From contig JBBTVD010000011.1 of NCBI GenBank assembly GCA_038063415.1, positions 779 through 64,778 of the forward strand: a stretch of 64,000 nt of DNA, in the 5' to 3' direction. The translations under genes and the position numbers were made by a program. Source of the DNA: Patescibacteria group bacterium. GTDB taxonomy: Bacteria; Patescibacteriota; Microgenomatia; Levybacterales; UBA12049. Each line of letters starts with the position of its first letter. Within the stretch, counting starts at the first letter, position 1. The notes beneath the pieces were generated by a model that did no database searches, was not told the DNA's origin, and worked only from the letters and a program-made list of their open reading frames with translations. Below, piece by piece: positions 55,657 to 64,000 of the stretch.

Positions 55657-55813
55657 TTGTAAGAAAGAAAAGGTCTTTTGTAAGAAAGAAAAGAAAGGCT
55701 TCTCTATCTCCTTCCCAAAGAATGACTACTTTTGTATAATTATTTTGGGCTGACACAGAACACGCCCCTAACTATTTTCCCAGTGTCCTGAACAGAAGAG
55801 GTTTTTTTAGTTT

Positions 55814-58030
55814 ATGCGGATTTTTTTGCGTGCTATTTTTTGGTGCTTATTTTTTCTCATAGGGATTGAATCTTGTGTACAAAAAAGTATTTCCTGGATA
55901 TGTGCTTTTGTAGCTCAGCAATCTCGTCATGTAGGAGTACTACGAACAGATATTGTCTCTCAAATAGAAAAACTAACTGTAGAAGCAAAAAAAAAGAGAA
56001 CCTTGAGATACCTTCGCCTTTTTTCAAAAAAACATTTACTCCATAGACGACGAGGAAGAAAGCCATTACAAGCATCACTACGTTCAAAAACGACATATAT
56101 AGTTCTCGGAAGTTTATGCTCCTTTGTTTTTCTTTTTTTACCACTCACATTCTTTATTTTTCTTCAAGAGCTACCCAATCCAAGTCAACTTACCTACCGA
56201 GCAATTCCACAAACATCGCATATCTATGACCGTCACGGAAAACTTCTTGCTGAAATTTATGCAAACCAGGACCGAGAGATGGTCTCACTCAAAGAGATTC
56301 CTCCTTCGCTTAAAGAAGCAACCATTGCTATTGAGGATAAAAATTTCTACCATCATCCAGGGTTCGATATACAGGCAATTGTCCGAGCATTGAAAGAAAC
56401 TATTTCAGGATCATCGAAGCAAGGCGGCTCAACGATTACCCAACAATTGATCAAATCCTCGCTACTCACTCCGGAGCGAACAATCACTCGTAAAGTAAAA
56501 GAAATTATCCTTGCATTCTGGGCAGAGCAACTCTATACCAAAGACCAAATTCTTGAAATGTATTTTAACCAGGTGCCGTATGGTGGAACAGCATGGGGAG
56601 CACAAGCTGCCGCAGAATTGTACTTTGCAAAGCCAGTGACTGACCTGTCACTGGCAGAAAGTGCTTTTTTGGCAGGACTAACAGCTGCACCAAGTATCTA
56701 CTCTCCATATGGACCCACTCCTGATGCCTGGAAAGTACGACAAAAGAAAGTACTAGCCAGTATGCTTGAAGAAGGCTACATCTCACCAAAAGAAGCTTCC
56801 CAAGCAACCAAAGAAGCGCTTCAATTCCAAAATGCTTATACAGCCATTCATGCACCTCATTTTATTACCTATGTTAAAAACTTGCTGACAGACAAATATG
56901 GTATCGCCATGGTAGAAAAAGGAGGGCTCAGCATCTATACAACACTTGATCTTGCTACACAAAAGTTTGCAGAAGACGCGGTTAAAGATGAGGTTGAAAA
57001 AGAAGCTGCACTTAATCTCACTAATGGAGCAACTTTAGTAACAAACCCCAAAAATGGTGATGTACTGGCTATGGTCGGAAGCCATGATTTCGACGACCCA
57101 ACCTGGGGAAACGTTAATCTAACGATTGCGAGAAGACAACCTGGATCATCTATTAAAGTGGTTACCTATGCGGCGGCGCTTATGGAAGGATTTACGGCAG
57201 CATCACTTCTTGAAGATACACCCGTAACGTATGGGGAATACGACACCCCATACTCTCCCGTAAATTATGATGGACGATTTCATGGAGATATTCCACTGCG
57301 GTACGCACTGGCTAATTCATACAATATCCCTGCTGTTAAGACACTAGATGCAATTGGAATAGCTACGATGGTGCAGTTGGCAAAAGACATGGGAATTACC
57401 ACGTGGGGAAAACCGGAAGACTATGGACTTTCTCTCACCTTGGGAGCAGGTGAAGTACGAATGATAGACCTGGCGACAATATACGGCACGCTTGCAAACG
57501 ACGGAAAACGAGTAAATCTCAATCCTTTTCTTAAAATAACAGACGCAAAAGGGACTATCCTTGAAGAAAAAAGAGAACCAGAAGCAGAACAAGTGCTTAA
57601 ACCAGGCGTTGGCTTTATTATCTCGGATATTTTGGCAGATAATCAAGCTCGATCCTGGGCATTTGGAAGGTACTCACCGCTTGAAATACCAGGAAAAACC
57701 GTCTCGGTTAAAACAGGAACCACTGATGACAAACGAGATAACTGGACGATTGGCTATACCCCTTCTTATCTGGTGGCTGTGTGGGTGGGTAATAACAATA
57801 ATACACCTATGAGTCCAGGATTTACATCAGGAATTACGGGTGCCGCACCAATCTGGCATACGATTATGGCAAAGCTACTCACGGATACAAAAGATGAACC
57901 ATTGAGTAAACCACAAAATATCATCGAAAGAAACTGCAGAGGTAACAAAGAATACTTCATTACTGGCACCGAACCTGCAGGGCGTTGTGGATTTCGGACA
58001 CCGTCGCAAGGAGGCTATTCACGACAATAG
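55814..58030 (+). CDS. Second class A penicillin-binding protein
   Basis: EDKNFY.H, GGSTITQQLIK, PGSSIK, SYN, KTGT. Confidence 0.95.
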   Translation: MRIFLRAIFWCLFFLIGIESCVQKSISWICAFVAQQSRHVGVLRTDIVSQIEKLTVEAKKKRTLRYLRLFSKKHLLHRRRGRKPLQASLRSKTTYIVLGSLCSFVFLFLPLTFFIFLQELPNPSQLTYRAIPQTSHIYDRHGKLLAEIYANQDREMVSLKEIPPSLKEATIAIEDKNFYHHPGFDIQAIVRALKETISGSSKQGGSTITQQLIKSSLLTPERTITRKVKEIILAFWAEQLYTKDQILEMYFNQVPYGGTAWGAQAAAELYFAKPVTDLSLAESAFLAGLTAAPSIYSPYGPTPDAWKVRQKKVLASMLEEGYISPKEASQATKEALQFQNAYTAIHAPHFITYVKNLLTDKYGIAMVEKGGLSIYTTLDLATQKFAEDAVKDEVEKEAALNLTNGATLVTNPKNGDVLAMVGSHDFDDPTWGNVNLTIARRQPGSSIKVVTYAAALMEGFTAASLLEDTPVTYGEYDTPYSPVNYDGRFHGDIPLRYALANSYNIPAVKTLDAIGIATMVQLAKDMGITTWGKPEDYGLSLTLGAGEVRMIDLATIYGTLANDGKRVNLNPFLKITDAKGTILEEKREPEAEQVLKPGVGFIISDILADNQARSWAFGRYSPLEIPGKTVSVKTGTTDDKRDNWTIGYTPSYLVAVWVGNNNNTPMSPGFTSGITGAAPIWHTIMAKLLTDTKDEPLSKPQNIIERNCRGNKEYFITGTEPAGRCGFRTPSQGGYSRQ

Positions 58031-58034
58031 TATG

Positions 58035-58697
58035 CTAACGTATTTTTAATTCTTTTTTTAACAAATCATATTGTTGTTGCGGAGTTTGTAAGTTATAGAG
58101 AAAACTTGTCGCAACAAAACGACTCGCTCCATGAGCAGCAGCTATCGAGATTGTCTCATCATTGATCCCCCCATCGACCTCAATCGGTATACTCGTCTGT
58201 TGAGAAAGCTTCTCAACTTTCTGTAACAGGTCTTCCTCAAACAATTGTCCGGAGTGACCCGCTTGAATGGTCATCACAAGCACGGTATCAAGATTTTCAA
58301 GATCAATCGTAATCCCATCAATTGAAGTCTGTTTATCAAGCGCGAGCCCTACTTCTCCAAAATGCTGTGCTGCCGCCACAAAAGCGACTTGATCAGACAT
58401 TTTTTCGACATGCCCAATGAAGCGATGAAAGCCTGCATCCGCCCAGCGTTGCAAATGATTGATTGGCTCATCAACCATCAAATGCACTTCAAACAGAAGG
58501 CTATTCTCGCTTGCAGGAGTGTTTTGGGTATACTTCACAAATGGAGCTGGATCAGCAAAGGTAGTATGCGGAGCAAACTTTCCATCAACAACATCGATAT
58601 GGATCGTTCGAGAAAATGGCTTTACGAGCTCAATCTTTTTCTCCATTTCTGCCCAATCTTTGTTGTTTGTCCCAGGACTTGGAATTATTTCATACAT
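58035..58697 (-). CDS. rpe: Ribulose-phosphate 3-epimerase
   Basis: HIDVVDG.F, EVHLMV, VLVMT..AG.SGQ, IEVDGGI. Confidence 0.92.
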   Translation of the reverse strand: MYEIIPSPGTNNKDWAEMEKKIELVKPFSRTIHIDVVDGKFAPHTTFADPAPFVKYTQNTPASENSLLFEVHLMVDEPINHLQRWADAGFHRFIGHVEKMSDQVAFVAAAQHFGEVGLALDKQTSIDGITIDLENLDTVLVMTIQAGHSGQLFEEDLLQKVEKLSQQTSIPIEVDGGINDETISIAAAHGASRFVATSFLYNLQTPQQQYDLLKKELKIR

Positions 58698-58712
58698 ATT
58701 ACTTATCTCCTT

Positions 58713-58816
58713 CAACGCGTAAGGTGCAAAAATGTTTTGGTTGCACCTGAGCTCCTTTTGTCTTTATAACAATGCGAACTGCAACGGAAAAATATTTTTC
58801 GTCCCGAACGCATTTG
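58713..58816. repeat. Family C hairpin element, intergenic
   Basis: GGTGCAAAAATGTTTTGGTTGCACCTGAGC...GCGAACTGCAACGGAAAAATATTTTTCGT, close to the 50837 copy. Confidence 0.85.
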
Positions 58817-59323
58817 TTACATTGTCTCTTCAAGTTTCTTGATCTTTTCTATTCTTCGTAGATGTCTTTCATTGGATGGATTGGCTGTTTCCAACCATAT
58901 CTGTACAGCATGAAGAGCGTCTTCCTCTTTGAGAAACCGCACCGCAAGAGAAAGCATATTGGCACCATTATGCTCCCGAGTAAGCTTCACAATCTCAAAA
59001 GGATCAGTACTTTCTCTGCCTTCTGCATTTATCGCTTGTGTAGGAAGTACGGGGGTAGAGAATATCGCACAACGAACACCTGCAAACTTATTTGCAACGA
59101 TTGCTTCCCCCTGTCCAGAGCCACCAAAGATAATGCCTCGACTATTCTCAGGATCAGCAGAGACCGCTTTTGCTGCTTTTGTGATAAAGTCTGGATAGTC
59201 ATCATTTTTATCAAACGTATACGCCCCACAATCCTCAACTACATACCCTTTCTCTTCAAGAAAAGTTTTGACCGTATTTTTGAGCGTAACTCCTGAATGA
59301 TCAGTTGCTAAATATACTTTCAT
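58817..59323 (-). CDS. rpiB: Ribose-5-phosphate isomerase B
   Basis: LATDHSG, DDYPD, GGSGQGE (Glu-base type), REHNGAN, RH.RRI. Start revised. Confidence 0.93.
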   Translation of the reverse strand: MKVYLATDHSGVTLKNTVKTFLEEKGYVVEDCGAYTFDKNDDYPDFITKAAKAVSADPENSRGIIFGGSGQGEAIVANKFAGVRCAIFSTPVLPTQAINAEGRESTDPFEIVKLTREHNGANMLSLAVRFLKEEDALHAVQIWLETANPSNERHLRRIEKIKKLEETM

Positions 59324-59324
59324 A

Positions 59325-59864
59325 TTATCTTCCCACAATAACCTCAGCATCCGTTGTAATTGTTTCATCAGTTTCAACCGTTATTGTCTTCCCTGCTGCG
59401 GCTTCCTCAATATCTGTTTGTAGCTGCGCAAGGTAAGGACTCTCTTTTTCTTGTAAGAGAATCGTTATTCCTTGATAGTTGAAACGCGCTGCATTGCCTG
59501 TCCGAGTAATCGTATAGCCCAACGATTGTAACTGTGAAGAAATCCCACCAGCAGAACCAGCAATGCCACTTCCATTAAGAACGATTATAGAGAAATCTTT
59601 CCGAGCAAGCGGTGTGGGTATCGTTTGCGAAGCAGTTGGAACAAATGTCAGGGTTGGAACAGTCGTTGCGGTAGGCTTTGCCGAAAGGAGTGGCGTATCT
59701 TTTTTGGTTGTCGCGCCAAGAAGATAGAGTCCCGTAAGGAGTGCCACAATAAGCGCCACGATCACAAAAAACGGCATCAAAAACTGTGAGCGAGAGGCCG
59801 ATTTTTCAAGTGATGCTGGTAAGTGTTCTGCTGTTCCTTCTTGCATGTAGATCAGGCTCTGCAT
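59325..59864 (-). CDS. LytR C-terminal domain membrane protein
   Basis: TM, PT linker, VLNGSGIAG.A, GNA, VIVG. Confidence 0.85.
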   Translation of the reverse strand: MQSLIYMQEGTAEHLPASLEKSASRSQFLMPFFVIVALIVALLTGLYLLGATTKKDTPLLSAKPTATTVPTLTFVPTASQTIPTPLARKDFSIIVLNGSGIAGSAGGISSQLQSLGYTITRTGNAARFNYQGITILLQEKESPYLAQLQTDIEEAAAGKTITVETDETITTDAEVIVGR

Positions 59865-59946
59865 CGTATTCCGAGCAGATTTTACTCATAGTAGCATATT
59901 TTCTTTTGTTTGGGAATCAATTGCATTTATTTGCTATAATAGTACT

Positions 59947-61677
59947 ATGCCCATCAAAAAACTCCTTGTTATCCTTGGCATGATGCTTATTAGTCTGTTT
60001 TCTTTTGGGACAGGGATGCGGGTGTTTGCACAATCAGTAGATACCTCACAGGGTAACCTCGATCGAATTAATCAGGAATTATCACAACTTACGGAGGAAC
60101 TAAACAAATCAGTTGCAGCAACAAAACCACTTGAATCGCAACTCAAAACAATGCAGTCGCAAATTGAAGGTATTAAAACACACGTTGCGACAGTCGAAAG
60201 AAATGCTGTCATTAAGAAAAAAGAAATTGATTCGAGCTACAAAAACCTTGCTGAAAAAGAAAAAATGATTTCTCAAACGATTAGAAATTTTTATGTGAAG
60301 AGTTATTATGATTCCCCTTTTCTCACCTTTCTCTCCAGTGATTCGGCATCAGAAATTACTCAAAATCTTGCGTATCAGAAAGCTCGCACAGACCAAGACA
60401 AGGCTATTATTATGAATCTTGCATTGACATTGGTGGACCTTGAAGAAAAACAGCAAAAACTTGAACAAGAACAACAATGGCTTATTGCTACCAAAGCAAA
60501 TCTTGATGAACAATCAGCAAAGCTTGATAAAATTGTCGGAGAAGCAAAGTCGTATCAATCAGAAGTTTCAGGAAAAATTGCAGATCTTTCGGCAAAACAA
60601 CAATCAATCATTTCCGCAAAAAGTGGCGAGGGATTTACCATGAGTGGCGATAATGAACTAGCAGACGAACAGGCCTCTTCCATTGCAGGATTTAGAGCCG
60701 CTGCACCAGTTGGCTCATTTGGTATTTTTTCTTTTGGTGCATATACACATAGAAACGGTATGAGTCAATACGGTGCGAGAGCTCGAGCCGAAGCTGGGCA
60801 ATCAGTTGAAGATATCCTCAAAGCATATTATCCCAATTTGACACTTAAAAAAGACTATGCTGTGATGGGAACAATTATGGTAGATGGGTTTGGATCAATG
60901 CCCTTTGAAGATCAATATCTGCATGGTATTTATGAGATGTCAAGCAGTTGGCATATCAATGCATTAAAAGCTCAAGCAATTACAGCTCGAACATACGCTA
61001 TTTTACGATCGAATGGCGGACAAAAATCTATTTGCACATCCTCTGCTTCATGTCAGGTATTTAAAAATGAACGGAAAGGAGGCGCTTGGGAGCAAGCTGT
61101 CAACGAAACGAAAGGTTGGGTACTTGTCGACGGTAGCGGCAATCCTGTATCCACGCAATACGCGTCAACGCATGGAGGATTTAGTAATACAAGCGGTTGG
61201 GATACTACCGATGGCAGCGGTGGCTCAAACTTCGTTGATAAAGCCTATGAAAAACTGGGAGGTTCTCCTTGGCTCTATAAAGCATGGTGGAGAGAAGGGT
61301 ATACAAACACAGGAAATACCTGTGGAAGAACTGCCCCATGGCTAAGCCCGACAGAAATGGCAGATATTGTTAATGCAGCAATAGCGCTTAAAACAGCCGA
61401 TATTGATACTAATAGAATTACGCCAACAACAACAGCTTGTTGGGGTGGTAATCCGTATAGTCAAGATGAACTCTATTCCTTAGTTGCAGGAAAAGGAGGC
61501 ATCAAAGAAGCAACGAGTCTCACCGTCTCTTTAGGAGATGGAACAACAAATAGTGTCACCATCAATGGGGTAACCTTTAGCGGTAGTGAATTTAAAACGG
61601 CATTGAATTTGCGTGGACCGGGATATGTTCGTATCCCGCAAACTGGTTTCTCATTCTTTAATATAGAAAAGAAATAG
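59947..61677 (+). CDS. Coiled-coil plus SpoIID/LytB domain protein
   Basis: Signal peptide, long coiled coil, H..GMSQYGA, ALKAQAITARTYA. Confidence 0.85.
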   Translation: MPIKKLLVILGMMLISLFSFGTGMRVFAQSVDTSQGNLDRINQELSQLTEELNKSVAATKPLESQLKTMQSQIEGIKTHVATVERNAVIKKKEIDSSYKNLAEKEKMISQTIRNFYVKSYYDSPFLTFLSSDSASEITQNLAYQKARTDQDKAIIMNLALTLVDLEEKQQKLEQEQQWLIATKANLDEQSAKLDKIVGEAKSYQSEVSGKIADLSAKQQSIISAKSGEGFTMSGDNELADEQASSIAGFRAAAPVGSFGIFSFGAYTHRNGMSQYGARARAEAGQSVEDILKAYYPNLTLKKDYAVMGTIMVDGFGSMPFEDQYLHGIYEMSSSWHINALKAQAITARTYAILRSNGGQKSICTSSASCQVFKNERKGGAWEQAVNETKGWVLVDGSGNPVSTQYASTHGGFSNTSGWDTTDGSGGSNFVDKAYEKLGGSPWLYKAWWREGYTNTGNTCGRTAPWLSPTEMADIVNAAIALKTADIDTNRITPTTTACWGGNPYSQDELYSLVAGKGGIKEATSLTVSLGDGTTNSVTINGVTFSGSEFKTALNLRGPGYVRIPQTGFSFFNIEKK

Positions 61678-61682
61678 CAACT

Positions 61683-62357
61683 ATGCCAGATATTTTTATT
61701 GAAAATAAAACAGAACTTCCTGCCCAAGAGACAAAGATAGTTCACCCATCAGATGCTGCAAAAGGTTCTGTCGACCATTTATTGCATACCAAAAAACATA
61801 CCATGGGGCTTCTCAGTGCCTATTGCGTGCGACCACAAGGACTGAGCTTTGTTAACCAGGAGGAGGATGAGATAATTATTCTTTTTTTACGACGACATAT
61901 CATTACCAATGTTCCCTGGGTACTTGCAGTAGTTCTTCTGTGTTTTATCCCACCACTTTTCTCCCTTCTGACACTCCTTCCAACGGCTCTTCCATTGGAT
62001 ATCCCCCCTTCTCTTTTGTTCGTTATTACTGCATTTTATTACCTCATTGTTTTTGCCTACGCTTTTTCTCAATTTGTCTCTTGGTTTTATAATATTGGCA
62101 TTGTTACACAAAAAAGACTCGTTGATTTGGATACCAGTAATATTTTGGAACACAATACCGCTGCCGCAAACTTTAGCGAACTTGTTGATGTCAAATTTAC
62201 CCAGAATGGATTTTTTCAAAGTTTCTTTAATTTTGGTGATGTTCATCTGCAAACAGAAGCTTTTCGGGCAAATTTTGAATTTATTGCAGCCCCCAATCCA
62301 ACAAAAGTGACCGATATCATTAGTGATTTGCGTATCGCAACAGGAGGAAAAGAGTAA
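61683..62357 (+). CDS. Bacterial PH-domain membrane protein
   Basis: FLRRH, two TM segments, IVT.KRLVD, FNFGDV..QT. Confidence 0.75.
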   Translation: MPDIFIENKTELPAQETKIVHPSDAAKGSVDHLLHTKKHTMGLLSAYCVRPQGLSFVNQEEDEIIILFLRRHIITNVPWVLAVVLLCFIPPLFSLLTLLPTALPLDIPPSLLFVITAFYYLIVFAYAFSQFVSWFYNIGIVTQKRLVDLDTSNILEHNTAAANFSELVDVKFTQNGFFQSFFNFGDVHLQTEAFRANFEFIAAPNPTKVTDIISDLRIATGGKE

Positions 62358-62599
62358 TGGAGCTAGCAAGCATTACAGATCTTATTTTTACCAATGGGAT
62401 TCTTCTCTTTAAGATTCCTATTTTAATTCTTTTACTTGTGTATGTTATTTTTACTTTTATTGTGGTGAATCGTATTCGGGCATTTAATAGGATACTTCAT
62501 ATAGCTTCTGCTCATGCTTCGGTGACAATACAAATTGTGGCTATAATACAGTTTTTGCTCGCTCTCTCGCTTTTTTTACTTGCGCTTGTTATAGTATAA
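62357..62599 (+). CDS. DUF5657-like small membrane protein
   Basis: 80 aa with two TM segments. Confidence 0.6.
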   Translation: MELASITDLIFTNGILLFKIPILILLLVYVIFTFIVVNRIRAFNRILHIASAHASVTIQIVAIIQFLLALSLFLLALVIV

Positions 62600-62603
62600 G
62601 GTA

Positions 62604-64000
62604 ATGCCCGACTCATTGCATATTGTCAAGCAACGCTTAGCGTACGCCAAATTGGTGGCAACACCAACAGATATCGCCTGGTCACAAGCATATAATGCAG
62701 GGAACCTTTTTGCCTCTCTTTCGCTTGCACAAACAACTGAGGAAATACAGTCACTCCCTACCCTTGGCAAAACAATTTTTAGCAATCTTGAAGCAGAATT
62801 TTTTACTCTTGAAGACAAGAACCTCGATGGAATAAAACAGGCAATTGCTGAAAGCATTAAAACACTTCCAGAACATATCGAATTAAGCTTCTGTCTCTGC
62901 TACTTCAAAGATGATCTCCTTTATCTTTTTATCGCAGGATCTGGGAAAATCCTGATCAAGAGAAGAAACTCCTTGGGTGTTTTACTTGAGAAACACACAC
63001 CAACAGAAAGAGTAATTCATAGCTCCTCTGGCTATGCAGACAATGACGATATCTTTATTCTCCAAACAGCACAATTTGCAAAAGACATTCCGTCTGCCAC
63101 ATTGACTGCAGCTATGGAAGTGACACTTCCTAGCGATATTGCAGAGATTCTTTCTCCTCACCTCCATCAGCAGGAAGATGGCGGACAAGCAGCGATTATC
63201 GTCGCAGTACAAGGTATTCCCAAAAGAGATGAATTACTGGAAGAGGAAGAAAGGCAAGAAAGCGATGAAGAACCGACATTGGCAACAGCAATTCGAGAAG
63301 AGCAACAATACAAAGCAGACTATGACGACATGGATGCTTCCACTTCTTCACGCCCAGCTATTTCGATAACTCCTCTCGTAAACAAACTAACGGCGATCAC
63401 CCATAAATTTATGCCAAAGATGCATCTGTCAAATGTCCGGAAAGTGACACTGGCGGTCGCAATACTCCTTATTGTGCTTCTTATCGGAGGTATCGGAATG
63501 ACAAAGTACCGAGAGGAGCAAAAAGAAAAACAGAAACTTTTCCAGGTAACGATTAGCGAAGCTCAAAAATATTATGACGAAGGAAAGGCTCTGAAGAATC
63601 TCAATCCAGAGTTGAGCGAAGAGGCATTTGCCAAAGCTGACGCAATTATTGTCAAAGAACAAGACACCTTTTCTGCAGGATCAAAAGAGGGCAAAGCACT
63701 TGCCACCCTTCGTGACACGATCCGAAAAGAAAAGACACCAATAACGGAGACTGCAAAAGCAGAAATTGCGACAACTGAAGCAACAGACGATGCTTCTCCC
63801 TTTTTGACAACCGAGCAGAAAGTTAATGCGATCAGCTTTGGACAAAACGTCTCAACAATCTACGCAGTGACAAAAGAAGACATCATTGCAATACCAAAAG
63901 CAGGAGGTAATGAGAAATCACTGATTTCAAATGATGATGGATGGGCTGGCGCTGTCGCAATAGCCCCTTATCAAGCGAATATCTATGTGCTTGATACCAA
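62604..64000 (+). CDS. Large hypothetical membrane protein, running off the right edge
   Basis: Frame open from ATG 62604 (MPDSLHIVK...) through a TM segment to the window end. Possibly a degenerate PP2C-like N-domain. Confidence 0.7.
   Translation, partial: MPDSLHIVKQRLAYAKLVATPTDIAWSQAYNAGNLFASLSLAQTTEEIQSLPTLGKTIFSNLEAEFFTLEDKNLDGIKQAIAESIKTLPEHIELSFCLCYFKDDLLYLFIAGSGKILIKRRNSLGVLLEKHTPTERVIHSSSGYADNDDIFILQTAQFAKDIPSATLTAAMEVTLPSDIAEILSPHLHQQEDGGQAAIIVAVQGIPKRDELLEEEERQESDEEPTLATAIREEQQYKADYDDMDASTSSRPAISITPLVNKLTAITHKFMPKMHLSNVRKVTLAVAILLIVLLIGGIGMTKYREEQKEKQKLFQVTISEAQKYYDEGKALKNLNPELSEEAFAKADAIIVKEQDTFSAGSKEGKALATLRDTIRKEKTPITETAKAEIATTEATDDASPFLTTEQKVNAISFGQNVSTIYAVTKEDIIAIPKAGGNEKSLISNDDGWAGAVAIAPYQANIYVLDT

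Noticed and set aside
3260-58816. Possible CRISPR array or integron attC array formed by the palindromes
   Set aside because: The copies are dispersed rather than regularly spaced, and no cas genes, IntI-type integrase or cassette organisation were seen.
1-64000. Alternative genetic code (TGA readthrough, code 25)
   Set aside because: Conserved genes are full length in code 11, and several (e.g. trxB, pth, fpg) end at TGA.

Overview
This is chromosomal DNA from a small-genome bacterium, most likely Patescibacteria/CPR (Microgenomates-like). That placement is inferred from DUF5663/5654/5657/5667-type genes, a stand-alone 5'-3' exonuclease, archaeal-type DNA ligase, UMP kinase and CMP kinase, and many lineage-specific hypothetical proteins. 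Housekeeping content includes trxAB, pth, a repair cluster (EndoQ-like, ATP ligase, recF, fpg), ftsH, murD/murL, radC, a Xer-like recombinase, a VirD4/HerA-like ATPase, nrdR-nrdJ-pduO, gap/gdhA/glpX/pgk, two class A PBPs, rpe/rpiB and three tRNAs. No CRISPR array, rRNA, intact IS or prophage was seen. Four signals stand out. (1) At least three families of short palindromic REP/RPE-like elements occur both between genes and inserted IN FRAME in enzymes (ligase, NnrD, Fpg, a glycosyltransferase, the 5'-3' exonuclease, GdhA). (2) An NrdR-box-controlled nrdR-nrdJ transcript appears to carry two serial, minimal cobalamin riboswitches, each starting right after a stop codon, and the second gates unknown Cys-rich proteins. 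(3) Translation hardware is unusual: tRNA-Ile(UAU), a minimal initiator tRNA lacking the three G:C pairs, and pervasive leaderless-type promoters. (4) A hydrolase/ATP-grasp fusion gene sits between murL and murD, with a frameshifted paralog elsewhere in the window. All calls were made by eye; no database searches were run.
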